Assembly: GCA_042217695.1 (NCBI GenBank)
Contig: JBDGSE010000014.1
Span: 1-49,296 of the forward strand
From: Candidatus Nanohaloarchaea archaeon
GTDB lineage: Archaea > Nanohalarchaeota > Nanosalinia > Nanosalinales > Nanosalinaceae
Reading direction: 5' to 3'
Length of the DNA stretch: 49,296 nt
Shown here: piece after piece, positions 37,750 through 46,755 of the stretch
Numbering within the stretch: the first letter of the stretch is position 1
Layout: each line of letters starts with the position of its first letter
Program-made: the position numbers and the translations under genes
The notes under the pieces: model-generated
The model's input: only the letters and a program-made list of their open reading frames with translations
Told to the model about the DNA's origin: nothing
The model's database searches: none

Positions 37750-38406
37750 CTAAAGCTGTTTCAGTTCGATGTCTATCTCCTCGCCAAACTCTGCCACGGC
37801 GTAGCGTCCCTCTGCGACCGGTCCGGGGTTTATCATCGTGGTTCCCGACAGTTCATCAGTTCCATGGGATTCGTGGATGTGTCCGGTGAGCAGAAGGTCG
37901 AAATCACTTTCTTCTATCAGCTCTCGGACGGCACTGCTCCCCACATGTTCGCCGTCCGCTACATCCAGTTTGGTGTCCAGCGGAGGCTGATGGATGACCG
38001 CAACCTTTGTATCGGCCTTCATCCTGCCCTTTAATGTTTTAATCGTCTCCCGGATCTCCTCTTCATCGGGTTCGAAAGGCGTTCCGAAGGGGGTGATTCC
38101 TCCGCCAAAACCTACTGCATCGAAGCTGTCGAACGAGGCTATCTTCTTGTGGATGTTCATCCTGTGCTTTACAAGGTGCTCCATACACTGTCTTTCCGGG
38201 TCCATGTTGCCGGGCACCGCCTTCACGAGTTTGCCCTGCTGTTCAAAGGTTTCAAGTACTTCCTCCAGGTTTCTCTCGTAGTTCTCGAACTTTCCGGAGT
38301 CGCCGAGGTCTCCGGCACACAGTATAGAGTCGTAATCTTCTCTTGAGACGATTTTATCCAGTTTTTCTACCTCGCCGTGGATATCTGTTACCATTAGAAC
38401 GCGCAT
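37750..38406 (-). CDS. Icc-like metallophosphoesterase
   Basis: DIHG, GD, PGNMD, HQPP, GHIHE. Confidence 0.93.
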   Translation of the reverse strand: MRVLMVTDIHGEVEKLDKIVSREDYDSILCAGDLGDSGKFENYERNLEEVLETFEQQGKLVKAVPGNMDPERQCMEHLVKHRMNIHKKIASFDSFDAVGFGGGITPFGTPFEPDEEEIRETIKTLKGRMKADTKVAVIHQPPLDTKLDVADGEHVGSSAVRELIEESDFDLLLTGHIHESHGTDELSGTTMINPGPVAEGRYAVAEFGEEIDIELKQL

Positions 38407-38490
38407 GGATGGTTAACCGGGAGGGCAAAACTTAACGTTTTCCGCCTCCCTGTAGACACGTACTTAATTCTCGGTCCAGAATCTTGGGCC

Positions 38491-40881
38491 ATGGAGAGAA
38501 AAATCCAGGTGATCGACGCCGACTACGAGGTGAGAGATGGAGAGCCGGTAATCCGGCTTTTCGGGAGATCGGTGGACGGAGAGAACGTGCTGGTCGAGAA
38601 ACACGGTTTTCTCCCATACTTCTACGCTGTCCCCTCGGGAGAGCCTGGAGAGCTCGCGGAAGAGATAGATTCTACGGAGTTCGAGCACGAGGACGAACAG
38701 CTCGTGGTAGAGGGGGTCGAGGTGGTTGAACGCAGCGATGGAAACGAGACGGTAAAGGCGATAAAGGTGGAGAGCGATCTGCCGCCGAGCATCCCCAAGC
38801 TGAGGTCTGAGATCGACCACATGGAGGGGGTCGAGGAGTGCCGCGAGTTCGATATCCCGTTCTACAAGCGCTACCTGATAGATTCGGGTATCCGACCGAT
38901 GGAGACTGTGGCGGTTACGGGAGAGGCGTTCGAGAGCGACAGCTTTGACCTCGCGCTGGAACTTGAGGATATACATCCCGCGGAGGGCGAAGTTGATTAC
39001 ACCACGATGGCGTTCGACCTCGAGGTCTACCAGGACGAGATAATCATGGTGTCGCTGGTCGCTGAAAGCCTGGAGAAGGTCGTGACCTCTGCGGAGATAG
39101 ATGGTGTGGAAACCGTTGAGGGCGAGAAAGAGATCATACAGAGATTCATGGAGATAGTTAAGGAGCAGGATGTCGATATTCTGACAGGATACAACACGGA
39201 CGAGTTTGACTTCGATGTTCTCAGGGACAGGGCGGAGGAGCACGGGCTGGAGCTCTCCCTGGGCAGGGACGGCGAACGGATGAAGTTCAACCGGAGAGGA
39301 CGCTTCTCCTCCGCCCGTCTCAAGGGCAGGATGCATCTCGATCTTTACCCGTTTGTCACCCACATACTTTCGCCGAGCCTTGACGCGGAGATGCTGGACC
39401 TTGATTCCGTTGCGTCCGAAGTCCTTGGGGAGCACAAGGAGGATATGAGCTGGGAGGAGATGAAGGAGGCGTGGAGAGAGAAGAAGGACCTGAAGAAATT
39501 CGCGGATTACTGCCTGAAGGACTCCGAACTGGCGTTCCAGCTCGCCAGCGAACTTGTCCCCCAGGTCATAGAGCTTTCCAGGATCACGGGTTTGATACCT
39601 TTCGACGCGGCGAGACTCACCTACGGGCAGCTGACAGAGAACTACCTGCTCCGGGAGGCCCAGAGGCGGAAGATGCTGGCTCCCAACAGGCCCTCGAACT
39701 CCCAGAGGAAACGGCGGAGGAGCCAGGGAGCATACGAGGGAGGTTTTGTCTACACCCCCGAGGCCGGCCTGTATGAAGATATAGCCCTGTTCGACTTCAG
39801 GTCGCTGTATCCCACTGTGATGGTTGCGCACAATATCTCCCCGGACACGCTGGAAGTGGAGCCATGTGAAGAGGAGTTCGAGATAGGGGAGCTGGGCTAC
39901 AGTTTCTGCCAGGACGACCAGGGTTTCTTCCCGGACCTGGTGGAGGAACTTGTGAGCGAGCGCTACCAGCTGAAAAAAGAGCAGCAGAACTACGAGGAGG
40001 GCTCACAGAAGTACAAGAACCTTTACAACCGTGAACAGGCGGAAAAGATACTGGCCAACAGTTTCTACGGCTACATGGGTTATCCGGGCGCCCGGTGGTA
40101 CTCACGGGAGTCAGCTGAAGCCACCACCTATCTCGGCAGGAAGTACATAGAGGACACGATAGATACTGCCCGGGAGATGGGTTTCGAGGTCGTCTACGGC
40201 GATACAGACTCGGTTTTCCTGAAGAAAGACGATATCCGCAACGAGATCCAGGATTTCCTGGAGAGAGTCAACTCGGAGCTCCCCGAGTTCATGGAGCTGG
40301 AGTACGAGGGATTCTACTCCCGCGGATTTTTCACCTCCACGGAGTCCGGGGAGGGTGCAAAGAAGAAGTACGCTCTCCTGGATCCGGACGGGGAGATGAA
40401 GGTCACTGGTTTTGAACAGGTCCGGAGGGACTGGAGCCCCATCGCCAAGGAGACGCAGGAGAGAGTCCTGAGAAAGGTCCTGGAGGGCGAGCCGGAGAAA
40501 GCTGCAGAGCTTGTGAAGGACACTATAGACCGTCTGAAGAATGGAGGTGTTCCTGTCGAGAAGCTGAGGATATACACCACGCTGACGAAGAAGCCGGAGA
40601 ACTATGACTCGACTGCGCCGCACGTCGAGGCGGTGAAGAAGGCTGAAGAGAGAGGCGACGAGATATCCCCGGGCTCAACGGTCCAGTACGTGATCACGAA
40701 GGGAGGCGGCTCGATCTCCTCCCGTGCCGAACTCACCCGTTACGCGGAGGACTACGACGCCGGTTACTACGTCGATAACCAGGTCATCCCGGTAGCTCTC
40801 CGGGTCCTGAAGGAGTTCGGTTACACTGAGGGCCAGCTGAAGGGTAAGGGAAGGCAAAGCGGTCTCGACAGGTTCGACTAG
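38491..40881 (+). CDS. polB: Family B DNA polymerase (PolB3 type) with intact exonuclease and polymerase motifs
   Basis: FDLE, YNTDEFD, YCLKD, DFRSLYP, KILANSFYG, YGDTDS and PIP box QSGLDRF; no intein. Confidence 0.97.
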   Translation: MERKIQVIDADYEVRDGEPVIRLFGRSVDGENVLVEKHGFLPYFYAVPSGEPGELAEEIDSTEFEHEDEQLVVEGVEVVERSDGNETVKAIKVESDLPPSIPKLRSEIDHMEGVEECREFDIPFYKRYLIDSGIRPMETVAVTGEAFESDSFDLALELEDIHPAEGEVDYTTMAFDLEVYQDEIIMVSLVAESLEKVVTSAEIDGVETVEGEKEIIQRFMEIVKEQDVDILTGYNTDEFDFDVLRDRAEEHGLELSLGRDGERMKFNRRGRFSSARLKGRMHLDLYPFVTHILSPSLDAEMLDLDSVASEVLGEHKEDMSWEEMKEAWREKKDLKKFADYCLKDSELAFQLASELVPQVIELSRITGLIPFDAARLTYGQLTENYLLREAQRRKMLAPNRPSNSQRKRRRSQGAYEGGFVYTPEAGLYEDIALFDFRSLYPTVMVAHNISPDTLEVEPCEEEFEIGELGYSFCQDDQGFFPDLVEELVSERYQLKKEQQNYEEGSQKYKNLYNREQAEKILANSFYGYMGYPGARWYSRESAEATTYLGRKYIEDTIDTAREMGFEVVYGDTDSVFLKKDDIRNEIQDFLERVNSELPEFMELEYEGFYSRGFFTSTESGEGAKKKYALLDPDGEMKVTGFEQVRRDWSPIAKETQERVLRKVLEGEPEKAAELVKDTIDRLKNGGVPVEKLRIYTTLTKKPENYDSTAPHVEAVKKAEERGDEISPGSTVQYVITKGGGSISSRAELTRYAEDYDAGYYVDNQVIPVALRVLKEFGYTEGQLKGKGRQSGLDRFD

Positions 40882-40913
40882 TCTTTTTATTTGTGAACTG
40901 GTGAACCAGGTAC

Positions 40914-42185
40914 ATGGTTCTCGGTTTTTCCGGTCTCGCGGCGAACGCGTTGATAAGCGTCCTGTCTGTTTTGAGTCTTGTAGCGGGGGCCGAGCTGGTC
41001 GTATCGAGGATAGAGGGTGTGGCCAAGCATTACGGGGTCTCGGAGGTCGTGATAGCCATGACTGTTGTCTCCATCGGTACTTCCCTGCCCGAGATCTCCC
41101 TGCATCTCGTGGGCTCGATGAACATACTTTTAAGCTCCGGTGCGCCCCTGAAACTCTTCCTGACGGATCCTTTAACGGTTTTAATCGGTTCACACGCGGA
41201 GATCCTTTCGTTGCTGGCTGAGAAGGGCGTCATAACCTCAAACGTGGTGGCGGCCTCGCAGGAGACGTTCCTGAGCACCTCTGGTACGGTACTCGGCGCG
41301 AACATCGGCAGCGACGTGGTCCAGCAGACACTGGTGCTTGGGATGGTTATACTCTCCGCGGCGCTGCTGGCCAACGACCACGGCTTTCGTTTCTCCCGGA
41401 AGTTCCTGATAAGGGATTACGCACCGATGATGGGCACGACACTGATGACCCTGATACTGGCGCTTAACTGGAGAGGTGTTGTCGGCTTCCTGTCCGGTGG
41501 TGCCCTGAAAGTGGCGGGTACTTTCACCCGGCTGGACGGCATCGTGCTGTTTGGAAGCTTTCTTGCCTACATGTACTATCTTTACACCACCAGAAAGGAG
41601 GAGCTTGCTGAAGCAGGGGATGTAGAACCATCCGATCGCCCGCTGCGCGATCTGTTTACAGGGGTGGCGGCGATGGTCCTGGTGATAGTCTCCGCCGAGG
41701 TCTTCCTCAGGGTGGTGGAGGTCGCGGTGGCGCGGACCGGTCTTTCCCAGTCGATGATAGGTGTGGCGTCGGTCGGCGTTGTCTCCGCGTTCCCGGAGAT
41801 GATCACCGCGATCTCAGGGCTCCGGCACGGCAGCGAGGGCGTATCTCTTGGCACGCTTGTAGGAAGTAACATCACCAATCCACTGCTTGCCATCGGTGCG
41901 GGCTCGATTATATCGACCTACGCCGTCCCCAGACCCCTGGTCCTCTGGGACCTGCCAATGGAGACGATTACCGCAGGAGTCCTTCTGGCATACATGTTCT
42001 CAAAGGAGCGTATCGGCGACCTGCTGGCCCGTCCCGCCCGGTTCGCAGGGCTTGAATCTGTGGCCGGGAAGCTGGAATCCACGGAGAATCGCGTTCTGTC
42101 TGTTGCAGGCGCCCTCCTGCTGATCCTGGTCTACTTTGTGTACCTCTACGTCCGTTTCAACTACTTCCAGTACGACTTTGCATAA
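40914..42185 (+). CDS. Sodium/calcium exchanger family antiporter
   Basis: Alpha repeats GTSLPE...GSD and SAFPE...GSNITN. Confidence 0.92.
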   Translation: MVLGFSGLAANALISVLSVLSLVAGAELVVSRIEGVAKHYGVSEVVIAMTVVSIGTSLPEISLHLVGSMNILLSSGAPLKLFLTDPLTVLIGSHAEILSLLAEKGVITSNVVAASQETFLSTSGTVLGANIGSDVVQQTLVLGMVILSAALLANDHGFRFSRKFLIRDYAPMMGTTLMTLILALNWRGVVGFLSGGALKVAGTFTRLDGIVLFGSFLAYMYYLYTTRKEELAEAGDVEPSDRPLRDLFTGVAAMVLVIVSAEVFLRVVEVAVARTGLSQSMIGVASVGVVSAFPEMITAISGLRHGSEGVSLGTLVGSNITNPLLAIGAGSIISTYAVPRPLVLWDLPMETITAGVLLAYMFSKERIGDLLARPARFAGLESVAGKLESTENRVLSVAGALLLILVYFVYLYVRFNYFQYDFA

Positions 42186-42218
42186 CCCTTCAAAAGTGAT
42201 GGTTGACCACGGATAGAT

Positions 42219-42401
42219 ATGGGATGGGACCAGAGGCTCCGGGAGGTGCTGTTGTTCCAGGCGGGTGTAATGGTGGTAGTGGTCGCCACCATACTGTTCT
42301 CCAGTCCCTCCGATGAGAGGCTTTTCGAGGTCTTCGGGGCGTTGCTGTCCGCGTCGATAACGGTTTTCGGTATACGGGAGATGAGAAAGCTTACGGCGTG
42401 A
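42219..42401 (+). CDS. Small 2-TM membrane protein
   Basis: 60 aa with two hydrophobic helices; fills the intergenic gap. Confidence 0.65.
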   Translation: MGWDQRLREVLLFQAGVMVVVVATILFSSPSDERLFEVFGALLSASITVFGIREMRKLTA

Positions 42402-43061
42402 CTACCTGAACACCTCTCCTGTCTTCATGGACCACAGGACCAGGTCAAGGGCCTGAACCTCGATGCCTGTGTCCGCAGAGAAATCCTGTATCTTCTTCTC
42501 TAGGGTCATGTACCTCTCTCTGGCGGCGGGAGGCTGCGGTGAGTCTGTCAGACCGAGTTCGTGCATGGCCTCTGCGATATGGCCCGAGATTATGGCAAAA
42601 CTGTTGCCGTATCCAACGTTTCTCAGGAAGTGAGAGGCGCCCTTCCATCCTATCCCTTCCAGCTCATCCACCAGGTTTTCGCGTGTCCGGTCAAGCCGCT
42701 CCGGGTTCAACCGGTCTCCTATCTTGATAGATCCTCCGGGACGGGCGAGAGTGGGCTGCGAGAGCCTCTTCCGGTTTTTCACGATGTACCCCGATTTTTC
42801 GTGGGTGTACTTTACTTCGGTGTCTTCCAGGTGCTGGGCGATACTTTCTCTGTCGCCCTCGAGCAAGAGGCCGCGTTTCTCCAGCTTTTCCGCGGCCTTC
42901 CAGGCTTCTCTGGCTGGCGACTGCGAGCTCAGCAATACGAACACAAGTTCGCGGAATATCCTTTCATCGGAGGCGTCCTGCAGGTCGTGGAACTCCTGTA
43001 GACGTTTCTCTATGGTTTCTCTCCGTTGCCGGTAGGCCTCTTTCACGTCTTCGCGTTCCAT
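42402..43061 (-). CDS. ogg: 8-oxoguanine N-glycosylase/AP lyase (OGG2 family) homologue
   Basis: ELVFVLL, GIGWKGASHFLRNVG, LDLVLWSMKTGEV; the usual catalytic Asp position reads Ser. Confidence 0.85.
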   Translation of the reverse strand: MEREDVKEAYRQRRETIEKRLQEFHDLQDASDERIFRELVFVLLSSQSPAREAWKAAEKLEKRGLLLEGDRESIAQHLEDTEVKYTHEKSGYIVKNRKRLSQPTLARPGGSIKIGDRLNPERLDRTRENLVDELEGIGWKGASHFLRNVGYGNSFAIISGHIAEAMHELGLTDSPQPPAARERYMTLEKKIQDFSADTGIEVQALDLVLWSMKTGEVFR

Positions 43062-43735
43062 CAGAGAGGGGTTTTGTCGGTCACGCTTTTCTGCATTCTC
43101 CTGATCTCCTCCCGGGTGTAGTCACCGTACACCAGCAGAATCCTCTCTCCATCGGAGAAGAGATAGTCGCGGGGTTTTATCTCCTTCCAGCCGTTGCCAG
43201 CGTCCACGAACATCCGGACTTCTTTTCCTTCCTTCTCGAGATACGTCCGGTCCCGGGTACTGAGGGCCGTGGTGTTGTACTCCCATCCCAGTGTCTCGAG
43301 GAAGTAGCCGAAGGTTACCCCGCTGGCATGGGCGTGAATCACGTCGTCGGACAGGCTTTCGACGTGTACACGCCGGGAAACGACCTGGTATTTTCTGCGT
43401 GAAAAGTCGAATTTATCGCCGTTTATGTAGACTGCGAAATCGGCGTGGTAGTGTGCAGAACCGACTGGGCCTATGTCCTGTCCGGAGGAGATGTTTTCAG
43501 GCGCCAGTGTGTAGGCGCCGGCGACGAGACCGATCAGCGCCACTAAAGCAGTTGCGGTGTACGCGTATCTCTCATATTTTCGTCTCCGGTCTTTCTCCTG
43601 TTCTCTCTTGCGTCTCTCCGCCCGCTTCAGTTTTTCCTCCTGGTGGGAGTTGAGCTCGTCCTCGTGTTCCTCCCAGTGCAGGTGGAGGTTCTGCTGGGAC
43701 TCGAATTCCTCCCCGCAGAAACTGCATTCTCTCAT
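43061..43735 (-). CDS. Membrane protein: N-terminal C2H2 zinc finger, TM helix and His-rich external domain
   Basis: CSFC..F....L..H...H, one TM, HYHADF, HVE, IHAH; ATG at 43735. Confidence 0.82.
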   Translation of the reverse strand: MRECSFCGEEFESQQNLHLHWEEHEDELNSHQEEKLKRAERRKREQEKDRRRKYERYAYTATALVALIGLVAGAYTLAPENISSGQDIGPVGSAHYHADFAVYINGDKFDFSRRKYQVVSRRVHVESLSDDVIHAHASGVTFGYFLETLGWEYNTTALSTRDRTYLEKEGKEVRMFVDAGNGWKEIKPRDYLFSDGERILLVYGDYTREEIRRMQKSVTDKTPL

Positions 43736-43786
43736 GTTTGAGTAATATACTAGGGTGCTTTTATTTCTGTACCAGAAACTGGTGTT

Positions 43787-43906
43787 ATGTCGGACCACGA
43801 AGCCGCGGAGCTGCAGGATCTCTGCAATCCCTGTCCCGAAAGTGTTCGTGGTCTCTCCGGAGGTTTCGTGGCTTCAGTCTCCCGGTCAGGACTGCGGAGG
43901 TGGTAA
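43787..43906 (+). CDS. Putative 39-aa CxxC leader peptide/micro-protein; not in the ORF track
   Basis: MSDHEAAELQDLCNPCPESVRGLSGGFVASVSRSGLRRW; ATG ~25 nt after TTTTAT; stop 1 nt before the next ATG. Confidence 0.45.
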   Translation: MSDHEAAELQDLCNPCPESVRGLSGGFVASVSRSGLRRW

Positions 43907-43907
43907 G

Positions 43908-44366
43908 ATGAACAAGAAGATAAGGTCGGCGGTGGAGGAAAGCCCCGGGATACATCTCCGGAGGCTGGAGCGCGAGGTCGGCTGCACCACGTCCACACTT
44001 AACTATCATATCAGGAGAGATGGTGAGCTGAGAGGGAGGCATATAAGGAGTTACAGGAGGATATACCCGGAATCGGTCCCGGAAGAGCTGGAGAACGCCC
44101 TGGCTGCCTTGAACCATTCGAGCCGGGGCGAGATACTTTTGCTGGTTTCAAGGAGTTCTCTCACCACCTCCCGTATCGCCGAAGAGGTAGGTCTCTGTAT
44201 CTCCACAGTTTCCGACCACCTGAATGTCCTTGAAAAAGAGGGTCTGGTGTCGGTGAGGAGGCGGGGCAGGAAGAAGAGTTACTCCGCGGCTCCCGAGGTC
44301 ATGAGAGCTCTCAGGCGTTACGGTGCAAAGGTGCTGGACGGCGACCCTGCCGGGACGAGAGTTTAG
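43908..44366 (+). CDS. Double winged-HTH (ArsR-like) transcriptional regulator
   Basis: PGIHLRRLER...STLNYH; second HTH STVSDHL..LE..GLV...RRGR; GGAGGTG SD. Confidence 0.88.
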   Translation: MNKKIRSAVEESPGIHLRRLEREVGCTTSTLNYHIRRDGELRGRHIRSYRRIYPESVPEELENALAALNHSSRGEILLLVSRSSLTTSRIAEEVGLCISTVSDHLNVLEKEGLVSVRRRGRKKSYSAAPEVMRALRRYGAKVLDGDPAGTRV

Positions 44367-44465
44367 GCCTCTGAACGGCTTTTTACTTTCTCTCCACAAT
44401 CTATCTATTGGCCGGCGAGCAGCCCGACACTATTTTAACGTCGCGTCCCAAACTCTCCGTACCGT

Positions 44466-46130
44466 ATGTTGGATGTAGATACTAGATGGTTTTTCAAAAC
44501 AGGCCGGGGAGTGGCGATAGTCGTCCTGGTTGCCCTGTTCACGGCCGTTGTTTCCGCACATGCAGCCGCCGATCAGTCATCTCCGCCCTCCTACGAGGAG
44601 CCTCCGCCAACTGTCGACGTGAACTACACGCAGGACTTCCAGATGTGTCCGGCCAGCCATCCCGGGTGGAGAAAGGCGCAGGAACTCCTTGGGGTAGAGA
44701 TCGAGAAATCCCTGCAGTGCAGCCCGGATAACCCGCTGGTCGTGGCCGCAGTTACAAAGGGGACCAACAACGTCCCTGAGAGAGTTCTGATGGAGACCGG
44801 TCTCCACGAGGACGCGGTCCGGAAAGGCAGGGATCTGGACGGCGACGGCGACCCCGATGTGGTGAACATAACTCTCGAGGTCGCGGAGATAAACGGCAGA
44901 AAACCGGCTACAGGAGATCTGGCTCTTCAGCAGTCCATAGCTCCAGGGGTAAAGCCAGGTTTCTGGGTTTTCGCACCAAAAACCCGGGGGATGGCGACCG
45001 AGGGTTCTGCCGCGTCGGACATCATACGGATGCCCTCGCCGGCTATACGGGTGGAAAGAGGCGACAGGGTGAACGTTGAACTGGAGAACACCCATTACCT
45101 GCCCCATACAATCCACTTCCACGGCGTAGACCACCCCTATATCGAGAACGGGGAGGGAAACGACGGCGTGCCCCAGACCTCCGGTAAACCGGTGATGCCG
45201 GGGGAGAGCCGGACATACAGTTTTGTCCCCTCCCATCCAGGGACCATGTTCTACCACTGCCATGTACAGCCGAATACCCACGTTCTGATGGGTCTCCACG
45301 GCATGTTCATTATAGAGAAACAGAGGCCGGACAACACTTTGCAGACGTTCAACATAGGTAACGGGAAGGTACGCCACCGGTCTGTTGCGTCGAGACAGAG
45401 ATACGCCAGGGAATACGACCTGCTCTACCAGGGCGTTGACAGACAGCTCCACAGCATAATCGATGTATCAAACGATCCCCGGGTCATATCGAAGATGATG
45501 AACCGGCGTTACGACGTCACCGAGAGGGAGCCGGACTACTTCCTGCTGAACGGGAAGTCCTTCCCGTACACGGTAAGAGAGTCCCAGATAATCGTTGAGC
45601 CGGGTGAGAAGGTGAAGCTCAGGATACTGAACGCGGGAAGCGAATCGGTATCTCTACACACCCACGGCCACAAGCCCACGATAACTCATTACGACGGAGT
45701 GGCGGTGCCTCCCGGGAAGAGAATACAGCGCGATGTTTTCCACATCAGCGCGGCACAGCGAGTGGATCTCCTGCTGAACACAACTACAGACGGCCTGAAC
45801 TCCTATGGGAAGGGAGTCTGGTTCGTTCACAACCACAGGGAGGAGGCGGTTACAACCAACGGTATCGCCCCGGGCGGAGATATAACCCTGATAACCTACG
45901 AGTCGTTCCTGAAGGAGAACGGCATGCCCAGGGTCAGCGGCGTCTCCTGGAAGCCGTACTTCAGCAAGGAGTACTACAACCGGGAGGTACCGGTGTGGAG
46001 CAGTTACGACTCCGGAGGGATGTTCGGCGCCTTCAGGAAACAGCCCGTGAAGAAACCTGTTATCGCCATGATGGGGGCCATCGGGCTGCTGGCCGGGGGG
46101 CTCCTCGGTCTGGGGGTGAGAGGGCTTTGA
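44466..46130 (+). CDS. Secreted, membrane-anchored two-domain multicopper oxidase
   Basis: HTIHFHG, YHCHVQPNTHVLMGL, HTHGH, VHNH; signal peptide and C-terminal TM. Confidence 0.9.
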   Translation: MLDVDTRWFFKTGRGVAIVVLVALFTAVVSAHAAADQSSPPSYEEPPPTVDVNYTQDFQMCPASHPGWRKAQELLGVEIEKSLQCSPDNPLVVAAVTKGTNNVPERVLMETGLHEDAVRKGRDLDGDGDPDVVNITLEVAEINGRKPATGDLALQQSIAPGVKPGFWVFAPKTRGMATEGSAASDIIRMPSPAIRVERGDRVNVELENTHYLPHTIHFHGVDHPYIENGEGNDGVPQTSGKPVMPGESRTYSFVPSHPGTMFYHCHVQPNTHVLMGLHGMFIIEKQRPDNTLQTFNIGNGKVRHRSVASRQRYAREYDLLYQGVDRQLHSIIDVSNDPRVISKMMNRRYDVTEREPDYFLLNGKSFPYTVRESQIIVEPGEKVKLRILNAGSESVSLHTHGHKPTITHYDGVAVPPGKRIQRDVFHISAAQRVDLLLNTTTDGLNSYGKGVWFVHNHREEAVTTNGIAPGGDITLITYESFLKENGMPRVSGVSWKPYFSKEYYNREVPVWSSYDSGGMFGAFRKQPVKKPVIAMMGAIGLLAGGLLGLGVRGL

Positions 46131-46717
46131 GAAAGTTGCTGGCGGTCCTGGTGCTTCTGGCATTCCTTGGCCCGGCGGGCGCCACGGTTATGAACGAGAA
46201 CACTCAACGCCTGCCGCCGGGATGTGACTCCATCAGCGGATGGAAGAATATAACGGTCCACGCCGGGACGGAGTACGCCCAGAAGTTCAACGGCAAGGTC
46301 TTCACATACGACAGGAGAGAGTACCGTTTCGAGCCGTGCACAAAGCTCACCGTTACGTTCGTCAACAACGACTCGGTAAGACACCAGTGGATGGTCCACG
46401 GCCTCCCTCGTTCCACGTATCCAGGAGGCATGTTTACCATCGAAACGACGGGCGGCCGGGAAACAGGGACCTTTATACTGCCGGCATACGATGAGACTCT
46501 CCTCGTCCACTGCGGCCTACCCCAGCACATGCAGAAGGGGATGAAGGCCCAGCTCATCGTGGGAGAGGGCGACGGAGACATCGCCAACATCCCCGGGATA
46601 ACCGGCATGAGAGGAGGTTACGATTACCCGGAGAAGAACAGCTTCAGGTTCGGGTTGCCGGTGTTCCTGGCGGCGATGATTCTTGGAGCCTCCGCGGTTT
46701 TCCTTTACACCCGCTAG
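46127..46717 (+). CDS. Cupredoxin (blue copper) membrane-anchored protein
   Basis: TTG start overlapping the upstream TGA; RHQW...HCGLPQHMQKGM type-1 Cu ligands; signal peptide and C-terminal TM. Confidence 0.88.
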   Translation: MRKLLAVLVLLAFLGPAGATVMNENTQRLPPGCDSISGWKNITVHAGTEYAQKFNGKVFTYDRREYRFEPCTKLTVTFVNNDSVRHQWMVHGLPRSTYPGGMFTIETTGGRETGTFILPAYDETLLVHCGLPQHMQKGMKAQLIVGEGDGDIANIPGITGMRGGYDYPEKNSFRFGLPVFLAAMILGASAVFLYTR

Positions 46718-46755
46718 CGGCAAACCGTTCTGCGACCACCTGTCGAGGCCTTTCC

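Noticed and set aside
38464..39831. Long antisense ORFs (also 4628-5632, 25610-26623, 32852-33745, 44577-45452 and others)
   Set aside because: Shadows of GC3-rich, acidic coding strands of well-identified genes; no recognisable motifs.
43793..43875. HDV-like ribozyme
   Set aside because: Pseudoknot order is similar, but the P3/L3, P1.1 GG and catalytic J4/2 elements are missing.
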